Source: Tubiluchus corallicola
Taxonomy: Eukaryota; Animalia; Priapulida
Direction of reading: 5' to 3'
DNA length: 64,000 bases
NCBI GenBank assembly: GCA_030141605.1
Contig: JAQGDQ010000169.1
Coordinates: forward strand, 1-64,000
The stretch's first letter is position 1. Each line of letters begins with the position of its first letter. This document shows positions 1 to 13,500 of this stretch, piece after piece. A model generated the notes under the pieces. The model was not told the DNA's origin and did not search any database. It was given only the letters and a program-made list of their open reading frames with translations. The position numbers and the translations under genes are program-made.

Positions 1-709
1 GAATGGCCAATCGGATTCACCACAGGATTTTACCTTTATGTAAGCATAAACCTAGGTATGAAAGGCTATTTACATGTAGTCGGTACTTCCCAAAGTATGC
101 TACCTTCTAAAGCTAGATTGTTTTCAAATAAAGAGGTCCAGACAGGAAGGTCAAACGTAACATGGGTGCTGGAAGGGTCCATTGTTACCTAGTTTGATTC
201 CAGTATGATTCTGTTACAGTATCAAACAGATAACTGTCTATAAGGAAATTAAGCACTAAGGTGATTGAGCCATTCTATTGCTGTACTGGTTGGTGGAATT
301 AAGTTAATTAAGTCATATATCAATACAGTTTGAAACTACGCAAGCTGGAACCCAGCATATAAAGGAAAGAACAACTTAATATAGACAGCTGTGATTTAAT
401 CTGCTCATTATCAAGATTAATCTCATAAAATGAGGCTATGAAATAGGAGAGGCAGCTTAGCTATGTTCCTCAATGCATTCTCCCTCAACGAGATAAACAA
501 CCAGAATTTGAATGGTTGATGAAGCTGCCTAAAGAAAGCACTGAACCCAGAGGTTACCGTTACCCATCCATTGACTTACCAGCCTCGGCATTGCTTAAGT
601 TCGGTTGCTAGGTATAGCAAGTTGAACAAAATGAAATAAAATTAAATCAAATCAACAACAAGATCATATCAAAAACATATAACATACAGACTAGTCTACT
701 AAATTTCAC

Positions 710-1032
710 CTTTATTTCTTTCATTTCTATCTCATTAGCTTTTTCTGTCAGTTTATCTTTTCGTCTTCTTTTCTTTCTATGTTCTGATGGCTGTTTCTCA
801 ACAGATGCTTGCAACTCGTTGACATTCACAGCCTCCTCTTGACTAAATACAAAATATTGAAAATAAAACAGGGCAATTAAACACTTGAAAAATTAAAATT
901 AAACAGTAAACACACTCTACAAACGAAAAACTACGTGTATATGTATATAATGTGTATATATGTATGGTTATAAACATATGTGTGCTTGCATAGCATATGT
1001 GCACTAGCGTAGCTTACTTAGCAGTTCAGTAG

Positions 1033-1099
<67 letters not shown>

Positions 1100-4000
1100 T
1101 ACTGTACTGCTAAGTATATGTTTTAGCAGGTATTTTAGCAGGAATATGATTTTAGATCACTCGCCATTATTATATGGTAGAAGAAAAAGGCATAAATGCA
1201 ACAAACTATGGAATGAGAGGCGAGTAATCGCGTGATAGTGACAAGAGGTAAATAAATTTGACAGTCTTCCTTTTTTGACAATTTATTATGAAGTTTGATC
1301 AAGATACTCACCTAGACTGCGACAAGAGAGATTTGGATTTTTTCTTTTGTAGTGGTTTCTTTTCGGCCTCATTTTCTTCATGAACAATTGAAGCCGGTGT
1401 TTCTAATGAAAGTCTAGACAAGGCAGTTACAGATTGCCTAAACACACAGTCTAATTAGCAAAAACATACTCATAAAATGAAAATATGAAAATGAACTATT
1501 TACAGTAGAAATGTACAAATTTTTAACACCAGATAACTTTGTATTTTTTGCAAAAAAAACATCCTCAACCTACCCACTAGAGTCATAAAGCACATGATTA
1601 AGTTTAGTGGCTTTAGCTTATAAGAGAAAAGTGGCCAACTCTTGCTGAGACAATGTTACAATAGTCAATCACAAATTCTCTTATTATAATGCTTATGGGG
1701 TTTTACTAACTTTGCATTTACTAAAGAACAGCACGTTATTGCCATAAATGTCAAACTGACATTAGGTTACATATACCATACACTTAATTGAGATCAAAAT
1801 AAAAGTGAAAGCAGTTGTTTGCTAAGGCAATTTTGTTACAGTCAAATCCATAAAAAGATGGTTTGGTTGTACCAAAATATCTGGATATTTATTACATCTG
1901 CAAGCTAAGCAGAAATTTGTTTTTATTTACTACAACTCAGTGCACCCATAGAATTACTGAACTAATTTAAAACTGTCTGCTAAAAGTGGTAGCTAATTTA
2001 ATTAACAACAAAAAGTATTGAAAAAATACTATAACTTTTTTCACACCTTCTCATAGGTAACTGCTAAATAAAACGAACTAATAAAAAATGTAATCTACCA
2101 TGTTCTAAACTTCATAACATTATACGTTTTTTAATGCTGTGCGCTTATACTTCAAGTCACCGATTACTAGTGACAAAAAAATAATGTAACCATCTACCCA
2201 AACCATCTTTATCTAACCAGCTTATATTAGAGCACAATCTAACCTTTAATTTTTATTCACGATTCTACATTTTGCTGTTGGACAGCACTCTAATATTATT
2301 ATTATCATCACTTATTATGTACGCATACTATAATAACTATAATACGTATTTTACAAAAAAACAGGCACAAACAATACAGAAAGACAAAAAATTAGATCAG
2401 TAGCACCGTAGCAATTAGACCATTAGCAGATTAACGCGCAGGTTAAAATAACTTTGATTTCCTGATTATTAAAACCAGGTAAATGACTAGCATTAGGGCC
2501 ATGCCACCCTAAATGGACCAAATTTAGAAAAGACTGAGTTGTGACCATAATGAATTTGGCTGAAACTTTTAAGATAAGTTGCAAAAAATGTTAAATAGAA
2601 AGTCTTCAAAGTATTACATTCATACATTTAATAGGGTTGAAGTTATTCACTAATTAATGAAAAAAGCTTGCTACGTTTTTTTGGTGCCTCGCGAGTGCGT
2701 TTTTTCTCAAAGCAAACTTTAGTTAACTAGATTTTTACTACCAAATTAGATAAAGGCCTGAAATTTACAGCATGCACTCTATATGTGTATGTATGCATGT
2801 ACCGAATACAAAACTCAGAATTTGTGATCATCTTCCCTAGCAAAATGGTGTTAATTCTTTCCGGTCACATTTGGCAGCTTCTTACGCCCCGAAGTGATGC
2901 TCATGAAGGTTTAAGGTTTTTTATGTGAAATCCTTTGTCACTTGCTAGTTTCAACTGTGCAATTCACAGAGCAAACTTTTAGAGTTAGGAGTCCTCCGAA
3001 ATTAAAAATTGAGATTTAAATTGCACCACTAGAAAGAGCATCTAAGCATTAACAAAAACCTAAAATACTGTTGTGGAACTCTTATTCCTAATACGATTTT
3101 TTATATTCATTAATGCCATACATGCAAGTTTGTTATGGATGACTAACAGCTCATACACCCTTTGCTAGACAGTGCAAAGCACTACAGGCATGAGTCATGT
3201 GATAGTGAATGCTGTACATGCATTGTTTTAACAGTAGCTGTGAAACTTTCAGTTTGGTTTTTAAGTTATAGACAGTTATTTAAGTTATAGTGTTTTTTTG
3301 GCTTTCCTAATTTTTATGATTTATAATTTTCCTAATAAATTATCACTAATACAAGGGGCATTCTCTGCACATTGTTCAGAATGTTGGCACTATTTAATCA
3401 ATGGTAATCATAAATGAGAATGACAAGACAACAGTGACTATCGTCATTAGTTATGGGGGCATTAACAACCATTGATGGCTGTTGTCATTACTAACAAAGC
3501 TGTTGATGTTCTAAAGATACTGAAACAAAATAATGAAAAAAGAAAAATAACTACAGACAAGGAATTTGTAGAATAAATTTAATTATCCTGTTTCAAATTA
3601 AGCTAGTACTAGTAGTTTCTAGTACGTTTCATACTGAGCCGAAACCGGCTAGCTGCAGTAATAAACTTATACTCAACCTTTCCAATGCAGATGTATTTGT
3701 TTTCCATAAACAACAACCAATAAAACTACAACAGTATGTCAAAACAGACTTTATTAATGGAGTAGAAATTGTGGCTAAATCTGAAATCTGTCATAAACAG
3801 AGACAAATCTCTATATATGATTAGCTTTATATATAGAATCAATTGTTTTGGTATTAAAATATCTTCGAGTTAATAATATAGTTTAAATGATTAACTTTAG
3901 TTAACCATTTTGATATGATAAGTTACATTAGCCTTGTTTAGAGAATAAAGCACAATGAGCTTGTTGTTACTGATATTTACGAAATTAATGTTAAATTCTC

Positions 4001-6818
4001 AGCCATATTCTTTGCATATATTTAACATTTTTTGCAAGGCAGCGGCACTAGATGCCAGTAAAGTTAAGTTATCTGCTTAAGTTAATGCACCCATAAACCG
4101 ACGACTAACATAAAAGCCAACAATAGCATGCTATTAGCAAACCATCTAAGTAGATAGTGAAGACAGCTGAAGAGGAATATAAACTTCTTAAAAAATTTAA
4201 GTTAACTTAATTAACCAGAATGGGTACTAAAATGGACAACGCATACACTTACCTTTCAGCAATACTTTCTCTAGAGGCGTTTGAGGGTGTTTTGGCTCCA
4301 GATTTTCTCCTCCTAGCAGGCACTGGACGTACTTCTGTTTCATTTTCAAATGCAACATTTTGTTTACCTATAAAAGTAAATAATATTTCAGACCTCATAT
4401 CACACGACTGATATGCCAATCTGTTTAGTAATTAAATTAAGGCAACAAAACTGTGTTTCGTAAGTGTTTCAAAACCATAGGCGGCTTCAAGTTTTATTCA
4501 AGAGGAATTTTTGGGTGTCATTTTCCTGCAAGAATGTAACAAACTTAAAAAAGTCCAAAGTTTACACTGTAAAAGGTTGCAAAACCTTAAAATTACACAC
4601 CACAACTTTACAAGTTGGTGCCAACCTTGTGAAATATCAGCTCTTTTTAAATTACTTTTTGAATCCGGACTTTCAGCATAAGGCTCATAAGTGTTTGCCA
4701 AAAGTGAAGCATCCTGGCCGTCTTTGTTGAAATCAGCTTTTAGGGCTTCCAACTGAAAATCAAATGACTGAGTTATTTTTTAATTACTAAATGAAACAAC
4801 TTAGGATAATTTATCACAGTCTTCTCACATAATAATATTGTTAACAGAAGAATTAAATGTCTGTAAGTAAGACCTATAATTAAATATATCTATTCAGAAT
4901 AGGTAAAAAACATACACTGTCCTGTCCAGCAGTAGGTTTCTTTTTCTTCTTGTTCCTTTTTGACACCTCTTCACTTCAAAGTAAATGCAATTAATAAAAC
5001 GATTGAATGCATTATAAATATGATTAAGCAAATCATGTAAAGTACAGCAAATGTTACTTGAGAAAAAAAAACGTTCATCTCAAGGTGACACATTAATCAC
5101 GATAGAATGTTACAAACACGATAATAATTATTTAGTAACTTTAACATTCAAAATTTACCACATTATCATATACTCTATGTAATTAAAAGTCATATAAGCT
5201 TACTAACTTTTTTGCTTCATCTAACACATTCTTTAATAGCTTGTCAAGTCTCTCTTTAGTAGGCCTATGAATTACAGCATCGGATACATTCTCCTGAGCT
5301 ACAAACAAAAATAATATACCTGTAGTACATCACAAAGTATATGCCACTATTAAGAATAAGCACTACAACACTAGCTTATTATTTGGTCACAAAGTTGTAA
5401 ACTGTAGATATGTATGCACAAAATAATTATCACTGCATAACTGATTCAGTATACTGGTACAAAAACTAAGAAGAATGAAGACATGCCTAATACCCAACAA
5501 ATCTGCACTCTTATTAAAGATATTAAACATTTGATTATTATCCATACACTATGCCATATTACTACTGAAAATATTCAAATTAGTGGAGAACTTAAAACAG
5601 TGCCAGTATGAAAAAGTAAATGGCACAGCAAGACAGCAGGAACTATTTGTCTATCCATCCCCAATGGTGACTTAATGAAGTAGGCAATGCAATTTTTGAA
5701 CAAATAGAAAACTACAGTTTCAGATAAGCACATACTCAAAGGCACTTCATCGTCTTTTTTACTTGTTTTCTTCACTTTTCTTTTTCCATGAGTTTTATGA
5801 ATGCTTAGATCATGTCCTTCCTGTTGCTGCAGTACATCTAAAAATTTAAAAATTAACAATTACATTCCAAATATGGTTATTTTTTATAAACTGCCTAAGA
5901 CACAAGTAAAAAAATTACAGATTTACTGATATGGCTTATTGCTACCACTACGTACTACAGAATACTTCCGTTAAGCTCTCCAGTTACACCAGATGGTGAC
6001 CATGAAGACCCGCTTGTGACTCACTAAATAAATAATTTCTCGATGACCATGGCAAAATAAAAAAGCCATTTCTTTCATGCTGCAACTGCTACCTTTCCTG
6101 CCTTACGATAATTCCTATGAACATACTAGCATTGAATTAAAAGCATAATGCAGATGTTCCTTTTTATGAGTGTTAACCTTTGATGGATGTTGTTTGAGAC
6201 ATAAGTAATATGTTGTTTAACATTATGCTGTTTAAACGATATTTAAAATCAAGGTTATTATTAATATTATAAATTATACATAACGCCGAAATCCCTTTCT
6301 TCGGATGACCTACTTATCACATTTTGCTCATTGTGTACTTCGTGGTATTGTTTGCTCTTCCCACCGTCGTAACCTTAGTTGCATTCATCATGGTTAAGAG
6401 CAATCTGCCATGTACCAGCAGTATCACAGCAATCATCAATGCTGTTAATAATAGACTGTATGCACTGCTAGTCTTCTTCATAGAACACTCTGACAGGTAT
6501 TTTAGTATCATACAAATAAAAACATATCATAGACATAAAAACAAGAACATGGTAACTATACTATATTATGATACATGACCCAAGTAGTACCATGTATGTA
6601 ATGATATATTTAGGCCAACCAGTAGATGGTAAACTTGACAAAAATTAACCGTAGCAAATATAGCAGTAGTTACGGCGCAGTGCAGCAGACTAATAATTTC
6701 CACTGTAATCTTATAGCAATCTGCTACTAAATGTAAGGTTGAAACAAACATAATAATTATTTTCAAAAAATGTACACACCTGCAGCCATTCTTGTTTACC
6801 TTTGACTTGAAGTGCCAT
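710..6818 (-). CDS. 5' part of a multi-exon gene encoding a Lys/Glu-rich, low-complexity N-terminus (possibly jouberin/AHI1-like); continues beyond the left edge
   Basis: Eight phase-consistent GT-AG exons: 6818-6800, 5837-5736, 5298-5208, 4973-4916, 4752-4626, 4367-4253, 1437-1312, 842-710. They join into one open frame: MALQVKDVLQQQEGHDLSIHKTHGKRKVKK...RPTKERLDKLLKNVLDEAKNEEVSKRNKKKKKP...DASLLANTYEPY...RKKRRRKDKLTEKANEIEMKEIK. The first exon and the identity are tentative. Confidence 0.7.
1015..1116. repeat. ~100-bp palindrome: unique inverted arms around a (TA)n core
   Basis: Left arm TACTTAGCAGTTCAGTAG versus reverse complement of the right arm TACTTAGCAGTACAGTAG (1 mismatch). The (TA)n centre is itself self-complementary. 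Confidence 0.9.
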
Positions 6819-9800
6819 CTATGAATGCGTCGTGGTTAAAAACGACAAAGTTTGCAACACAGAGAACTGGCTGCGACTCCGTTAGTTATAAAAACATCAA
6901 ATAATTATCAGTTTGGGGCTAACCTAGAAATCAGGTTCCACTATCTCAAAATGTTCCGCAAAAGAAACAAGATGCAATAATTTTAATAGCTGATTTAAAT
7001 AAAAACTGCATTAAATGTGGCTTTCTAACTTTCTCTTGAAAGGTGACTTCACCTCGAAGCTGTGCATAATTGAAACTTCCTTCATTTTTTGTTGTAGATG
7101 ACAAACTACTAGAACTTAGAGGGGTTTATAACCGAGTGATATGTGAGCATAGTTCACGCAAATAGTTCATGACCGACCGCTCGTCTAAGTCTTGCCAATA
7201 AGAAAGGGTCCCGTTTTGCTACAAACATCGTGCTGGGTGCATTCTGTATCAAGGTAGTGTAGTGTGTCAAGGTAGGTCCATGCCCTGTAATCTTACAGTT
7301 TTGCCCACACGAACTCTTAGCTGTAATTCTTTGGATTTTTTACTGACTCAAGCTGACACGTATTTGTTTTGCTTTCCTGAAGTGATTAGATGATTGGCTT
7401 AAAAATACTTTAAATTACAGTTTAAAAAATATTTGATTAATTAAACTGAACTTTAACAGTAAAAAGTAAATTCTTGAAAGACTAGAGAAAATTAGCCACT
7501 CAATAATGTCAGTGTTCAAAGCATTTTATTGCACTGGAAATGTGTAAATGCACTCTATACATACATAATAGGAGTAACCAGTGAAATGACTTAACAAGAC
7601 TAGATATGCTAATGATCATCTGTCATGACCAGAAAAGGAGTTACTACACAAGAGGCATAACGTCATCATAATACATTATCATTAACCTCAGCACTTGTGC
7701 AACGACTTAGTGAAGTTATAATTATACTGCAAAACAAGTATACTAGTATGCTGACTTCTTTCCACATTGTTGCTTTTCATGCATTTATTATAAAAGGTGT
7801 ACACTGCACCATTAACAGAAAAATTACACAAATTATTTTGATGTTTGCTTGCTTCTGTAAGAGACTATCATTATTAGACATTATCAAAAATCATACTATC
7901 TTGTGAAATACATCTCAAGTGCCATCAATATAGGTTGAATTCAATTCTCTATCACCGTTTTTCTTAAAACTCTTAACAATAAAACTCTGTTAGATACAAT
8001 TTGTTTGCGACATGGTATTGGAAAATCATTAATGTTGGACACTACAAGCTCTAAGTATCAGGCTGATAGGATTTATCTAGCATAACATTATAAAAAAAGG
8101 TTATAAGTTGTTATACAGATCAATGACGTTTCTATATTTTCTTTTCTGTATTGAGCAGGTTTGTAAAATAGCCGTTTAGAAGCCATTACTGCATACAAGA
8201 ATAAAACATAGCTTCTAAAATGCATAACGATTGAGTTACAAATTGTTGTTAACGATCGAGTTATACGGTATACTGTATGTATACTGTATAATGTAACTCA
8301 ATGGCTGCCAAACTCCCAAATCAGTTAGAATAATTTTAGCAAAAGCAATTTTAATTCAATCATTGGGCAATTCATTTTAAAACATTTATTAAAAGTATTC
8401 ATATTCAGCAAAGCAGTCTATGCCATACTTGCTACAGTGAACTAAACCTGCAATTGCTACTATGAAATAAAGTGTAGTTCCGTGGAGAGTACAGCTGTGT
8501 GCCTGAGTGCACAAGTTACATAATGAATTTACAGGCACTTAATCCCATTCAGTAGAGCAATTCACCAATAATGACAGATGTTTCAGTGGAAAGGAAAACA
8601 ACTGCATAGATGGTAAGAGCATACTTCTTTAGTTAACAGTTTTATCTTATACATTGAAAATGTGAATACAACTTTACTGCAGTTTTCGAATATAAACAAT
8701 AAACATGGACATTTGGCTTTTAAGGATGCAGCTTCAAGCAAACTTTAAGCAATTAAGATGATGAAAATTTCATTGTAAAAACAGTAAGAATGAAATTTTA
8801 CATTTTAAAACTGGAGATCCAATCTCTAAGACTCCACATGACTGACACAGGAAAAGTTACAGAAAATATGAAGTATATATGAGGTGGGCAATTATATCAG
8901 AAAAACAAATGTAAAATTTTACACATACTGTACATAAAAAACCTTAACTGCATCAACAATGTAAAGTACATTATGTCTTTAACCATGTATACATACATCA
9001 TACTAGAACATTTTACACCTAGTGTCACTAATAACCTTATCTAGCAACTCTGTATCTGAATCGCAAAAACATTCTTCATAAAATATTACATAGGATCTCT
9101 ATAGCTTGAGATAATAAATAAGTAAAACAATAACATTAGTAAATAATAATGATATTATAGGTATAAATAAATTAATAAAATGCCTTATCATAATATTAAG
9201 CAATGGAAATCACCAAAACAAATACGTACACCTTCTCCATAACTATAAAATAATCTCAACGTGAAAAAGTGCTTCTCGCAGTACAGCAGAATACTATGGC
9301 CAAGACTTTGAAAAAACAAATTTTTCAATATGCTTTACACTTAAAATATCTTCAAATGGACTAGATTAAATACTGCCTTTAAATTCAAAAAAACAAACTT
9401 CTCTCTTCCGATAAACGTACAAGAATTTCATACTGGTATTTACAAAAATGGTATCATAGCATAGCGGTAATCCTTAGAAATGAACTGAATGGCAGGAAAA
9501 TGACAAAATATGTTAAGCCTTGTGATCACTGCACTACTTAGACTATAAGTGGGTCCAGTCCACAAACGTTCAAATCAAATTTAGAAAGTGCATCCTGTAA
9601 AACTTGTATAGATGGCCCAATGTCTCAGAGAATACCTACAGGTGCTACCACTATAAGCACTATTAGGAACACAAAAGCATGCATGGTTGCGTGCATGAGC
9701 ACACATATGCACTTAGATTATAATGAGAGTTCAATAATCAATATTTATACTGAAATCTCGATTTCCGGCAACAGTGTCAGATACGGTAAGAATTTTTTCT

Positions 9801-10535
9801 GTGACTCTATTATGACTGCACTATGGTTTTCACTCTTGGGATTTTGCCAGAATTTTGATTTTCCTTCTCTGTTTCTGATTAATGTCTAAAGTTTTAAGAA
9901 TATTTTTGATTTCTTTATTCCTTCATTTATATGTTTTTCTATATTCACTATAATCTTTTTTGTGTGCTCTTAAAAGCCTCTTATATGGTCATATATTTCT
10001 TAAAATGCGTTTCCCGGAAGATAGTATCTAGAAACAGATTTTTCCTCTTACGTTAAATCTAGTATTACGTACATTTTTTCTATTTATCTTTTGAAACATA
10101 TGACCTCTTCAGAAAAAACCTAACTAATTTTACTATAAAACCTCAACAAAGAGCAGTAACAGTAACAAATAGATTATCCTATACATCACTGCACTCAGGT
10201 ACTGTCTACAGACCACTATAAACAATTTTACAAAGTGCTAAACAATCTACTTGCCTGTGCCTGAATGAAACACATAATTGTACATTACTATGGTGGAAAA
10301 TATGTATAAATATACGCATGTCGATCAACTTGACACTATAAGGTCAAATAATATATTCAACATTTGTCAAGACTTTACATAAGTCTTGTTTTACAATGTG
10401 ATGAGACTAGTGCACCAAAAAACTTGACTAACTCTGTGTTGTCCAGAGACTAGAGAAAAACTTAACAAGAAAATTATACATGCCGTCCGTGCTGACCGAA
10501 CTTCGCATGTTGCTCCTGTTGTTATTTCACTAAAG

Positions 10536-13500
10536 CTACGCCCATATCTATGAAAATAAAATATATTATTATTATTCATTTGCTTTAGTACAGAATTTCT
10601 CAATTCTTGACAAAGAGTATCAAAGTGAATCCAAAAAGTAAAAACTGTAACATAAATGAATATTAGATTGAAAGATGTGTATTCAAGTCAAGATCCTGAA
10701 GTATAACAGTTCTTACTATTTCCAAATATTAAAGAAATGCCGCTGTTCCATTTGGCCTAAACAAAATGTGCTGGGTTACAAGTTGTATTTTCGCAGTTGA
10801 GACATACTAATTTTGCTACCGACAAATTTTAGAAAGCTGTGTTTGTCACAGTGAATGGTACGAAAAATGGAATTTTGCCTTACAGTTCACAAGGAATGAA
10901 ACATGACTATAAAGCTGCAACACAGAAAATATGAGAACGAAAAAAAAATTTTATACCCTTAGCGTAAAATCCCAACTTCCAGTGGCTAGTGCAGTGCCAT
11001 CTGGTGACATTCCCAGACAACTAACACGATTTTCATGGCTATACAAAATGGATATCCGATTACCCCGCAATGTGTCCCAAACATTAACAGTGTAATCGTT
11101 GTAGCCAGCAAACAGCAACCGACCTAAAGTAAATTCACTTATAAGCACAAATATATAGAAGATAAAAAATATCCGTCTTTAATATATATATGACATAACA
11201 AATGCCAATGCTTTTGCACTGATAGTTATCATTTTACAAATGTTGGCTCAAACAGGAATAATCAGTTTAGACTGAAAAAGAGACTTGTAGCATAGTTAAA
11301 AAGGAGTGTCAGATTCATCTGTGGTTATTATGTCAGGATTTGCCAGAAACAGGGCTGCTTAACTGGGAAAAATCAAGTAAAATGAATTTGAGTAACAAAG
11401 AATGAGCATAATTATATATTCATCTGCATATTAATTCTAAATAGGTTGGAAATAGTAAAAGGAGGAGACCATAACTGTTTAAAAACATGCACAAATTGCA
11501 CTTATCGACTCATTATTGCACTTTGCTGAACAGTGGGAGAAAACAGTAACATGGCACTGCAAGATTTAGAATATTATTGACGTTATATATAAAAATCTGC
11601 AGCCGAAAGTGCAAGAATCATCCTGAATAAATGCTGACTAATCATCTTCTTGATCTTGCAACACTTTTCATAATTTCATTTTAATAGCAAGCAAAATATC
11701 ACAAGAACCAGGACACATTTCAAAAATCAGCTGGGAATACAATGTAATCAAGTAACCAAATTATCTGACCTTAATTCAATGACAGATTTTTAGACATTAA
11801 ACTGTGATTTATCCTGTAAGTGTCTGTAAGTTTTCAAAGAATTTGATTACCAGCAAAAGTAGCAGAATGTAAGCCTGACTATGCCACTGACAGACTAGTT
11901 AACACGTAATACGTAACTGGCCATGCTGAATTGATGGTTTCGCGACACCGAGAAAGTAGTGAGATACACTGTAATAATAGCTTATATTTTCACAGAAAGT
12001 AAACAGTACTTACCACTACAAGAAAAATCAACAGCGTTGACTCCAAAAATTATACTTTGCTTCGTATAACAATTAACTTCCTTGTCAGCCCTCAGATCAA
12101 ATAGCCGACACTAGCAAAACACGTATAGTAAATGTACAAAACCTAGTTAAAATGTGCAGCACATTTCTAAACATTTCAAATTTCTAAATATTTAACTGTT
12201 TATAGTGTGATATATTTTCTAAATGCAATGCTGTTATACTTTTCACTGTTGCATACTTACTGTCGCATCGTCGGACCCTGTTGCAAACGCATCACCACTG
12301 GGGTAAAACTTCACTGTGTTTATATCTGCCTCGTGACCTTCAAACTTCTGTACGCATTCCCCACTTCGCATATCCCAGATCATAGCTGACTTGTCACATC
12401 CCTGAAAGCAAACAGCAATGCCATCATGATGTTAGAGATTTTGTCGTATATGTTTATGATATGGTAATACCTGTGAAACACTTCCAAATACAATCTGTTC
12501 TGGACTTCTAAAATGGATGGACTTCAACCATCCGGTGGTTTCTAAAACTAGCAAGCAAATTAGAAACACTAGCTATGAATAGTTTCAGAGTTTTAGGATT
12601 TCAAAAGTTAATTGGTCCATATGACTTTTCACACATTAAGGCCAATCATTTCTGGTTGTGGATAACAAATGACCACAATCTCTCTGACAAACATTGGTAT
12701 ACCGAATCTGAAATACTTCAGATTTCAGACTGAAAACAAATGCTTACCCCAGATACAAAAGTGTTTCCAGTTTCGGACGGAGACAGATCAATGGCCATCA
12801 CGTCAGCTGTGTGATTATGGAAACTTTGCATAAGGGCACCGCTTTCAACATCCCATAGTGCACAGGTGCTGTCCCCGCTCCCTGTTAATATCTGACAAAA
12901 AACAGCTTACAATATCAATTAATGTTTGCGAAAAAGTTTACAAAATAAAAATGTAAAACTGTTACATTTGAACAAATGTTACTCTAAACATGTTTACAGA
13001 ATAAACTTGCAATAGAATAATTAAATACAAAAAGTTTTTGCACTAAAAATTATTTTTGACGTTAGAATCAAAATATGATTTTCACTCAATTACAAAACCA
13101 CTGTGTCTTCAATCTGCAATTTGCATTTGCACATACAATAGCTTGCCATCCAAACAAACACACATAATTATATATATATCGCGCAGTTGCTGCAGGTCAG
13201 AGGTTAAGCGTATCACAGCAATGCGTCTTAGCTACCACCACCATGTGACATGAGTTTAAAGCAAAGCCGTCCACCACATCAGTTCAGCAACTTCAGTTGT
13301 TTTACATGGACTTTACTCAATTATGCATTAGTCTGTGTGCAGAGTCATTTACTAGCAGGATCTTGCTTGGGAACAAGAAAAAATGAACTAGGTAAGGTTC
13401 TAGCTAGCTGTTAAAACTGTTTGTATTACAATAGCTATGGCTGCAAGGCATCATCACGTGCACTAAATGCATTGTCTGGTACACTTAACCTTTGACCTTT

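Noticed and set aside
1-620. Slightly GC-richer block that might be a retroelement remnant or an exon
   Set aside because: I found no sustained open frame, motif or terminal structure, so it cannot be called.
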